Source of the DNA: Macrostomum lignano
Lineage: Eukaryota
Length of the DNA: 64,000 nt
Direction of reading: 5' to 3'
NCBI GenBank assembly: GCA_002269645.1
Contig: NIVC01000017.1
Coordinates: forward strand, 124,001-188,000
Position 1 is the first letter of the stretch. Every line of letters begins with the position of its first letter. Shown one piece after another: positions 24,430-34,182 of this stretch. A program made the translations under genes and the position numbers. The notes under the pieces are model-generated. The model ran no database searches. It was not told the DNA's origin and saw nothing but the letters and a program-made list of their open reading frames with translations.

Positions 24430-26044
24430 CTAGTCAACTACCCCAGTGCGCACAATTATTATTTGTAGTTTTGATTTAGGCGTCTCTGTGCTCTGCCAAG
24501 GGCTTCTCAGAAAGTTCGTGGGATGCCTTTTGAAGATATTCGATTAATATGATTTTAGATGCCTAACTCAGTTATGTTGCCTCTGTTTAATAAGGTTTAA
24601 GCCTCCTTATTATAGGTTAGGTCTACTTATAATTTGGAGTTGGTGTCAGTTTTGAGAAGTCCATGGTGACGGCCTAATGATGCTCGCATGCACAGCTTGA
24701 GGCTCTAGCATGAGGCAAGTGTTCGTGAGAAGCCCTCCGGATTACAAAATGTTGACGTAATTTTATTTAAAGTAGACATGCATGTATTGTATGTTTTCTT
24801 GCATGTGCCCTCTGAGAAGGATAACTCGTTTGAGCATGCATTGCTTTGCCCTCGAGCATGAATAAGAATTCTCTAATTTGGACTGGTGGGATGAACAGGA
24901 AACAGTCAGTTTATGAATAGAACTTAAATTTTAATCTCGCAAACTGTTAGGACACCGCTTGAACTTTTATTTCTTTGTGCGTATTTTTCATTTGCTGCGC
25001 GAGCACTCTTGGCTTTTCAATTTGATGCATGGTAACCATAGCAATGCAATTATAGTTGCGGAGGTGGTTATTCCTATCCGGATACGATATTGACAGATCT
25101 TGATACAGCAGCAATAAATACATGTGTATTTATAAGGTTCCAACATTTAATTGAGATCCTTGGAACATAAAATAAAAATACTGCATACAAGATTGGAACT
25201 TCTTAAAACTTTTTACTTTTTATAGTTCTTCCAGGTCGGATTTTTCCCATAAGCGCCAGTGTATTCAGTACACCCCTGTGCGCCAATCAGCACTGCGCCT
25301 CACTGCAACCTTGCCAAGCCTCAGAGTTTTATCAACGGCCTCAACCACTGCATAGCCTTCACCCAGAAGGAGCTGCTGTGAATTAGCATTTTGTGATGCA
25401 CATAGCGAACAAGTCAAAACTAAAACTGTAAATCAACTGTCAGACCGCATGTGTGCTTAGTCAGATGTTTTCACGGGCTAAACAGAGGGGCAGGAAGCGC
25501 AGTGTGAACAAACCGTGATAACATCCAAGCCTGACTCTGTGATTCTCTGCAGTACCATGGAACGCCAATCCTGTAGATTGCTTTTTTCTGGTGGGCTCTC
25601 CTGCTCTGCATTTGCGCGGCGGGCATGACTTGTTAATTTTACTGCTCTCTTTGTCTTAAACCCAATGCTCTGGCAGGGAAGCCTCTATGGTCGTATACAT
25701 GTAGCGGAGTAGGGTGGGGCGGGTGAGTGTCCCTTCCTGGGAAGCGCAGCGACCATAGAGGCCATAGACAGTGATTTCACCATAGACGAAAGTAGAATCA
25801 TTGATTGGATATATGATTGCATTGTATTAAAAACAATGCTAATATTTTTATTTCCTCATTAATAATAGAAGTTTTTTGGAACACTATACTCCAGGCAGCC
25901 CCACTGTCGGCTGACTAGTGTGTTATTTGAACATAGATACATATATATAGCTCGTTTAAGAAAGGCTATCTCAAAGAAAGAACTTTGGGATAAAAATTAG
26001 GGACTTTAGATGAATATCGATGTCTTGGGGATATGAGTTGACAG

Positions 26045-26330
26045 TCGATCTAACTTGGGGATTTGGGATCAATATCTAACTTGGGGATTTGGGATCAATA
26101 TCTAACTTGGGGATTTGGGATCAATATCTAACTTGGGGATTTGGGATCAATATCTAACTTGGGGATTTGGGATCAATATCTAACTTGGGGATTTGGGATC
26201 AATATCTAACTTGGGGATTTGAGCTATAAATCTGTCTAACTTGGGGATTTGGGATTACAATTTTTGACTTGGGGATTTGGGGGATTTAGAATAACAACCG
26301 ATGTACAAGACTAACTAGGGATTTGGGACA
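26045..26330. repeat. 26-bp minisatellite TCTAACTTGGGGATTTGGGATCAATA
   Basis: Tandem repetition. Confidence 0.9.
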
Positions 26331-26398
26331 GGGTTGTGTAGCAAAAATTAAATGAAAAACACAGTATGCCAGAAGAAATCTAGTCTACGAGTACTTAA

Positions 26399-27604
26399 CA
26401 GTAGAAAGACCATGGGGGTGTATTTCAAATACACACATTTTTCCTTTGTCTGGCTCTCCAAAAATATTCAACTGATTGACATGAAAATCCAGAACACGGG
26501 CTAAAATTTTCCGCTCTATCCGATAGAGCAACTTCGAGAATCACGAAAAATCGGCATCGTCGAGATATTCAACGATTCTCCTCGGGGTGTCTGGTGGCAA
26601 AAAGCATCAACACTGGCAAATTTTTTCTGCTCACAAAATCTCATCATGAAACGACGTCGGCTCAACAAACTTTGCATATCAGTCGTAGAGCCTTTGTTCT
26701 CAGCATCCCAGGCACCAGGGTCCCCTTCATCACCGTCTGGAGCATCGGCGGCGACCGTCGGGACCTTCAACAAAAGCACCCGATCGGCATCTCACAGACG
26801 GCTGCGTTCCCAAAAGTGAAATGGAAGATCCTCTTCTGCATGCAGCATTCAGTCAGTAGAATGAAATGGACGATGGCGACCCTCTAGGCTGACCTGTAGA
26901 CATACAGGCGACCTTCGGGACCTTCAACGGAGTGATATACAGACATGCCTGGTTTGGTTCCTTGATAAAAAATAAAAAATCAGGTCAAAAATCAGGTCAG
27001 GTCATGATCAAATAAAAAGTCAGAGCCGCGCGGTGGCAACTCCGTTAATTGAAGGTCCCGAAGGTCGCCTGTATGTCTACAGGTCAGCCTAGAGGGTCGC
27101 CATCGTCCATTTCATTCACCGATTATGTGTACTGACTGAATGCTACATGCTGAAGAGGATTATTCCATTTCAGTTTTGGGAACGCAGCCGTCTGTGAGAT
27201 CCCGATCGGGTGCTTTTGTTGAAGGTCCCGACGGTCACCGCCGATGCTCCAGAGGTGATGAAGGGACCCTGGTGCCTGGGATGCTGAAAAAAAGCCTCTA
27301 CGACAGATTGACCCAGATTATTGAGCCAATATGTATTCACCAAAAATATTTATACAGTGTAGTGTTGATTGTCCTTGCCACCAGTGTCTTCGACAAGAAT
27401 CGTTGAAATATCTCGACGTTGCTGACGTCGGATGACTTTGAAAGTTAGTTCGTCGGAAAGGGCGGAAAATTTTGATCCATATGGTGAACTTTTACGAAAA
27501 TCGGTAATTCGGTTTGCGAGCTATCGTGAAATGGGTCGTGTGTATTTGTAATACACCCCCCGTGGTCTTTCCCCATGGGGAAAAATAGCGTGGCCTTTTT
27601 ACTG
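26399..27604. mobile_element. 1.2-kb non-coding foldback element flanked by TTAA
   Basis: About 500-bp imperfect inverted arms (26881-26928 vs 27050-27097 essentially perfect). Termini CAGTAGAAAGACCA vs the reverse complement CAGTAAAAAGGCCA. TTAA at 26395-26398 and 27605-27608. Confidence 0.8.
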
Positions 27605-27648
27605 TTAATGCCTGCAATGCACAGTGCAATTGCAATATTATTTCAAGA

Positions 27649-27689
27649 CATTAAATTGAGTCTTCGCAGTAAGAGACCGTCTTTACGGC
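27649..27689 (-). other. Genomic relic of the Macrostomum trans-splicing leader (SL exon)
   Basis: Minus strand reads GCCGTAAAGACGGTCTCTTACTGCGAAGACTCAATTTAATG. This matches the M. lignano SL as recalled (...CAATTTATTGCATG) except for a 4-nt deletion. No GT donor follows. Confidence 0.75.
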
Positions 27690-27693
27690 AAAA

Positions 27694-28032
27694 GGGGGTT
27701 GCAGCCTAGTGGTCAGAGCGTCGGACTCACGACTTGAAGGTCGGGGGTTCGATTCCCGATTCCACTGGAACAATTTGTGTCATTGAGCAAGACACTTAAC
27801 TCGATCTGCATTGCTTCAGTTCACCCAGCTGTAAAATGGGTGCCAGCATTAGCTGGGGTAATTGAGGATGTGTGTGGCGACCCCCCAGTCCTTGGACTGA
27901 ACAGCCGTACGCAGCCTTCAGATGCGCCGCGCAATAGCTGCGGCTGAGCTGTCGGTTGCACATCTGGCCCAATTGGGACAGGTGTAATCGATTACTATTA
28001 ATATATTATTGTTATTATTATTATTATTATTA
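27694..28032 (+). mobile_element. tRNA-derived CORE-type SINE, copy 2
   Basis: Same A/B boxes, CORE-like block and (ATT)n tail as copy 1. Confidence 0.9.
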
Positions 28033-28719
28033 GACACTAACACCATTGTTGTCTTCTAAAAATAGATTTTAATGGAATTACCCAACTAATTGTTTAAAGT
28101 CAGCTGATAAGACAAATTAAAATAAAAAAGTTATTTAAAGGCACAAATTGGATACCTGGTCAACTACAATTTAGCATTAATTAATAGAAATCAATATTTG
28201 CACCAAGCAGAGCCCAGCTGCCAGCTCCGCTATGATGCAAAACTTTTAAATTTTTATTATAACAGTTTATAATTACAGAATAGCAATCATAGCATAATAT
28301 TTAACTGGAGCGAATGTAGATGCTTTTTTGAAATACCGACGAAACCCACTGCTACTGACAGTAGCATATGCTAAGCTACAAAGTCGAGTAGTGCGACAAA
28401 ATTTTCAAAAATAAATCACAAAAGTTCGCTAAACATACATGACTAAGACAGAAAGCACTTTTATTAGACATTCATACAAAGCGATTTGATTTGAAAACTT
28501 GGGATAGCAAGTTATTTATTATTAATAATGCCACCGGTTATGCTTACTGGTCAGCTAGACAAAATGTAATTAGTTTAAAACCCCTGTCTGGCAGTACAAA
28601 ATGCGGGATAACAACTGTTAAGATCAAATTCAATGCTCAAGAATGATGGCTTACGCCCGCGGCAGACACGGGCTGCTGTTGGTGATTCTTTTGGAAAACC
28701 CAAGTCTACAGAGGACTGA

Positions 28720-29170
28720 GGAGAGGAGGGGGAGAGAAGAGGGAGAGGGAGAGAGGTGGGAGAAAAGGAGAGAGGGGAGAGAGAGAAGAGGCAGATAGGA
28801 GAGGGAGATACGGGGGATAGAGGAGAGGGGGAGAGAGGAGAGGAGAGAGGAGAGGGAAAGGAGAGTGGTGAAAGAGCGAAAGGAGAGAGAAGAGGGAGAT
28901 ATGGGGGAGAGAGGAGAGAGGGGGGAGAGAAGAGGAGAGAGGAGAGGGAGAGAGAGAAGAGGAGAGGAGAGAGGAGAGAGGAGAAGGAGAGGTAGGAGAG
29001 AGAAGAGGGAGAGAGAGGGAGAGAAGAGGGAGAGGAGAGAGGAGAGGAAGGAGAGAGAAGAGGGAGAGAGGAGAGGGAGAGAATAGGGAGAGGGAGAGAA
29101 GAGGAGAGAAGAGGAGAGGAGAGGAGAGGGAGAGAGGAGAGGGAGAGAGAAGAGGAGAGGAGAGGAGAGC
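28720..29170. repeat. GA-rich low-complexity tract
   Basis: Almost exclusively G/A. Confidence 0.9.
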
Positions 29171-29324
29171 GGAGAGGCAAAGGAACAAAGGCGAAAGGGA
29201 AAGAGTTAGAAAAGTACATGCAATCCAAAGCTAGCACAAACAGACCCACCTCCGACCGCGCACAGAAGCAAATTGGGCAACTCATTTATACCCATGCATG
29301 CAAATGAATACGCAAAACAGACAG

Positions 29325-32300
29325 TCAAAAAATCCTATCGTAGTTGGGATTATCCGGGAAATTCCTTGTTGGCGGCACCTGCATCCGGGATCCGCCGGGC
29401 CCGCCGCGGCCCACGCCGCCTCCGCCGGCGCCGCCACCGAGGACGCCCATGGGCGGCTTGGCCTGCCGACTGGACACAAGCAATTCGAAGCAGCTGACAT
29501 CGATGGTCTGCAGCTTGGGCTCGATGCTGGTGCGCTCCGGCTCGACAAAGAAAAAGTTGTGATCAAGCGCGTGCTCAGCCGTCAGGCGGGTGGCCGGGTT
29601 CAACTGCAGCAGCTTGTCGATGAGGTCGAGGCCTTCCTCGGTGTCGTTGATGTAGCGGCGGAGTCGCTCCTTGACCTGGCGAATATTGTTAAAGTTGGTT
29701 TCTACACCCTTTCTAAGAAAACGAATTAGAACATTTTTTGAAGCGCCAGATTCCACGGATATAATCCAAATAGCAGGTGATTACACCTGTCCCAGTTAGG
29801 CCAGATGTGCAACCGACAGCTCAGCCGCAGCTATTGCGCGGCGCATCTGAAGGCTGCGTACGGCTGTTCAGTCCAAGGACTGGGGGGTCGCCACACACCT
29901 TCAATTACCCCAGCTAATGCTGGCAACCATTTTACAGCTGGGTGAACTGAAGCAATGCAGAGTTAAGTGTCTTCCTCAAGAACACAAACTGTTACAGTGG
30001 GATCGGGAATCGAACCCCCGACCTTCAAGTCGTGAGTCCGACGCTCTAACCACTAGGCTGCAACCCCTTAGATAGAACCCCATAGGTACGATTGATATTC
30101 TAAGAAACTTAAACATACATGCGCAACTGCTGGCCGACCTAGCCGATCTGACTACCGTAAATTGTGGCGGACCAGGGGTAATTCGCAAAAATGCCCACCC
30201 CAAAAATTACAGACGTAGTACTAATTAGATGACGAGGCATTTAGCCCTTATAAGACAGTTATAGTTACTCCTGCCGTTTACCCAAAAGCGTTAATTTTGC
30301 TTTACGGTTTCTTTCACAGATAAGTCGAATTTTTGGTCAAAAAGTAAGTCGCATGGCCAGTGTAAATCAGGGGGTTGCGCATGTATGAACTTAAATAGCA
30401 TTCTAGGAACTTGAGCCACATTTCTAGGAAACGCCTGACTTGATATTTAAACAATAAAATCCTAAATTCCAGGAATACAATCCAGATTCTAAGAAATGCA
30501 AAACAGATTCGAGGAATGACGATCTGCTTTCTAGGAAATGCGGATAAAGTATAAAAACTTGGACAATATTGAAAGAGTAAATTAATTGTACATATAACTA
30601 CTAAGGGCTACAGGTTTTACCGAATACATTATACTTAAGTAGGCCTTGGCAACTAAATACTAAAAGTAGTAACTGGATGAATGGCCCTGCCATGGCAACC
30701 GCCAAGAAAATTTCTAATCACCTTTCGTTTCTGATTACTCGGCAAGCCGGCGCACATCTCCTGGTACAGTTCGAGTTTCTCGCAGTTCGGCCACACCTCC
30801 TTAGTGATGGAGCCGCACAGGTTCACAATCAGCTCCAGTTGCTTCTGCTCGGCACCGCCTTGCATAATTGGCGATCTGGTCCACATCTCCGCCACGATGC
30901 AGCCGACGCCCCACATGTCTAGCGGGGGTCCATACTGCCGGTCTCCCAGCAGCAGCTCCGGCGGCCTGTACCACAGGGTCACCACCCGGCCTGTGTACTG
31001 CCTGGTCTTGTCGCTGGTGGTTATGTTGCGGGCCAGGCCAAAGTCTGCGAGCTTCAGCACGCCTGCAGGTCGCATTATTGTTTATTGATGTGCAGTTGGA
31101 ATGTACATGTCTGTACACAGCCTCACTGCATCATCACTGTACACAGCTACAGCTAGAATGGAGTCTGTACACAGCCTCACTGCATCATCACTGTACACAG
31201 CTACAGCTAGAACGGAGTCTGTACACAGCCTCACTGCATCATCACTGTACACAGCTACAGCTAGAACGGAGTCTGTACACAGCCTCACTGCATCATCACT
31301 GTACACAGCTACAGCTAGCATGGAGCCTGTACACAGCCTCACTGCATCATCACTGTACACAGCTACAGCTAGCATGGAGCCTGAACACAGCCTCACTGCA
31401 TCATCACTGTACACAGCTACAGCTAGCATGGAGTCTGTACACAGCCTCACTGCATCATCACTGTACACAGCTACAGCTAGCATGGAGCCTGAACACAGCC
31501 TCACTGCATCATCACTGTACACAGCTAAAGCTAGCATGGAGTCTGTACACAGCCTCACTGCATCATCACTGTACACAGCTAAAGCTAGCATGGAGTCTGT
31601 ACACAGCCTCACTGCATCATCACTGTACATAGCTACAGCTAGCATGGAGCCTGTACACAGCCTCACTGCATCATCACTGTACACAGCTACAGCTAGCATG
31701 GAGCCTGTACACAGCCTCACTGCATCATCACTGTACACAGCTACAGCTAGCATGGAGCCTGAACACAGCCTCACTGCATCATCACTGTACACAGCTACAG
31801 CTAGCATGGAGCCTGTACACAGCCTCACTGCATCATCACTGTACACAGCTACAGCTAGCATGGAGCCTGAACACAGCCTCACTGCATCATCACTGTACAC
31901 AGCTACAGCTAGCATGGAGTCTGTACACAGCCTCACTGCATCATCACTGTACACAGCTACAGCTAGCATGGAGCCTGTACACAGCCTCACTGCATCATCA
32001 CTGTACACAGCTACAGCTAGCATGGAGTCTGTACACAGCCTTACTGCATCATCACTGTACACTAACACAGCTACAGCTAGCATGGAGTCTGTACACAGCC
32101 TCACTGCATCATCACTGTACACAGCTACAGCTAGCATGGAGCCTGTACACAGCCTCACTGCATCATCACTGTACACAGCTAAAGCTAGCATGGAGTCTGT
32201 ACACAGCCTCACTGCATCATCACTGTACACAGCTACAGCTAGCATGGAGCCTGTACACAGCCTCACTGCATCATCACTGTACACAGCTACAGCTAGCATG

Positions 32301-34182
32301 GAGCCTGAACACAGCCTCACTGCATCATCACTGTACACAGCTACAGCTAGCATGGAGTCTGTACACAGCCTCACTGCATCATCACTGTACACAGCTACAG
32401 CTAGCATGGAGCCTGAACACAGCCTCACTGCATCATCACTGTACACAGCTACAGCTAGCATGGAGTCTGTACACAGCCTCACTGCATCATCACTGTACAC
32501 AGCTAAAGCTAGCATGGAGTCTGTACACAGCCTCACTGCATCATCACTGTACACAGCTACAGCTAGCATGGAGCCTGTACACAGCCTCACTGCATCATCA
32601 CTGTACACAGCTACAGCTAGCATGGAGCCTGTACACAGCCTCACTGCATCATCACTGTACACAGCTACAGCTAGCATGGAGCCTGTACACAGCCTCACTG
32701 CATCATCACTGTACACTAACACAGCTACAGCTAGCATGGAGTCTGTACACAGCCTCACTGCATCATCACTGTACACAGCTACAGCTAGCATGGAGCCTGT
32801 ACACAGCCTCACTGCATCATCACTGTACACAACTACAGCTTGCAGGCAGTCTGTACACAGACTCAGCATCATCACTGTACACAGCTACAGCTTGCAGGCA
32901 GTCTGTACACAGACTCAGTGCATCATCATACATGCGCAACCTCCAAATTTCGGTCGGCCGTGCGACTTAGTTTTAACAAAAATGCGACGTAGTTTTTGGC
33001 CAAAAAATGCGACTTACATGTAAAATAACCCAACAGCAAAATTAACCCAACTTTGGGTAAACGGCAGGAGTAACTATAACTGTCTTATAAAGCCAAAATG
33101 CCTCGTCAGCTACTTAGTGCTACTACTCTGTGTTTTTCGGGTCGGCATTTTTGCGACTTCCTTGGTTGGCCGCCAAATCGGTCGGCCGGATCGGCCGACT
33201 GTTGCGCATGTATGTGCATCATCACTGTACACAGTCTCACTGCATCATCACTGTACACAGCTAGCTGCTGTAGAGTGTGGAGGACACTGTCGGGGAGTCG
33301 CCACTGCACTCTCACCCCGAAGTAGTTCACGGCAGCTCAGAGAGCTGCTAACTCTATAACGGCTGCGTGAACTGGAGCTCAGCTTAATTCGCCACTGGCT
33401 CACGCTGGGTGCCATGAGGGGTGACACAACCTGCCTATTCTGCTCAAACAATAACTCTAGATAACAGGCACTCGAGACAACAAACCTTTCTTAGAAATGA
33501 GTATATTGGCGGCCTTCATGTCTCTGTGCAGAATGTTGACCCTGTGCAGATACCACACACCCTCCAGCAGCTGGTGCAGCATGTCCTTCTTCTCAGCCAG
33601 GGTGAATGTCACTTTCGGATTAGCCAATAACCCGGCCAGATCGTGATCGAGCATTTCGAATATCAGGTGAAACTCAGACTTGTACCGATTAGCCTTAGTC
33701 GGCTCGGTCTTGCAGATCTCCAACAGTTTAACAAGATTTTTATGATTTGCGGCCAATAGAATACGAATTTCTCGAATAGCCGTGATGGGAAAGCCTTCCA
33801 ATTCGTGCTCCATCTTGATCTTCTTCATAGCGATCAGATTCTTTTCTAATCGGCTGCGCGCTTTGAACACCTCGCCAAATGTGCCCTGGCCAATTTTCAT
33901 AATCCGCTCATACTTCTTACTACTGTCGCCGCATAATTTGCTATCGTAGCGGCCCAGAGAGGAGAGGAAGTCGGTCAGGCTGACCTCCGTGTCGCTTTGA
34001 AGCTGAATCTGGCGAGCTGGCGGCTGCTGCTCAGTTGAGCTGCTCGAGTTGGCTGGGTCGGGCAGACCAGCAGAAGAGGCGACAGCTGCAGTAACTGAGG
34101 CAGCAGCTGCAGTCTCATCTACATCCATTGCTGTGTGACCAGAAGAATGAGTAGCATTTCTAGCCTGCTGCTGAGTGTCCAT
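29325..34182 (-). CDS. CDK9: Cyclin-dependent kinase 9 (P-TEFb kinase), about 462 aa with an Ala/Ser-rich N-terminal extension
   Basis: Exons 34182-33486, 31062-30722 and 29675-29325 join in frame (1389 nt). KIGQGTFGEVFKA, GFPITAIRE, HRDMKAANILI, DFGLAR, YTGRVVTLWYRPPELLLG and C-terminal YDRIF* match CDK9. Confidence 0.95.
29779..30067 (-). mobile_element. tRNA-derived CORE-type SINE, copy 3 (CDK9 intron 2)
   Basis: Reverse complement of copies 1 and 2, without the tail. Confidence 0.9.
30114..30387 (-). mobile_element. MITE (P- or hAT-type) carrying a 28S rRNA-derived core, copy A
   Basis: Perfect 14-bp TIR CATACATGCGCAAC, perfect 8-bp TSD AACTTAAA, 28S-like 64-mer at 30220-30283 (-). Confidence 0.9.
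31105..32920. repeat. 54-bp minisatellite, about 33 copies, CDK9 intron 1
   Basis: Unit GTCTGTACACAGCCTCACTGCATCATCACTGTACACAGCTACAGCTAGCATGGA. Source of the 597- and 640-aa spurious ORFs. Confidence 0.97.
32927..33214 (+). mobile_element. MITE carrying a 28S rRNA-derived core, copy B
   Basis: Same 14-bp TIR, perfect 8-bp TSD TGCATCAT, 28S-like 64-mer at 33055-33118 (+). Confidence 0.9.

Noticed and set aside
27649-27689. Functional SL RNA gene
   Set aside because: No GT donor after the leader and no convincing Sm site at the expected distance.
30220-30283. rRNA gene or rDNA pseudogene
   Set aside because: Similarity to 28S stops at 64 nt on both sides and lies inside TIR/TSD-bounded elements.
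31082-33023. 597- and 640-aa ORFs on opposite strands
   Set aside because: 54-bp tandem array inside CDK9 intron 1.
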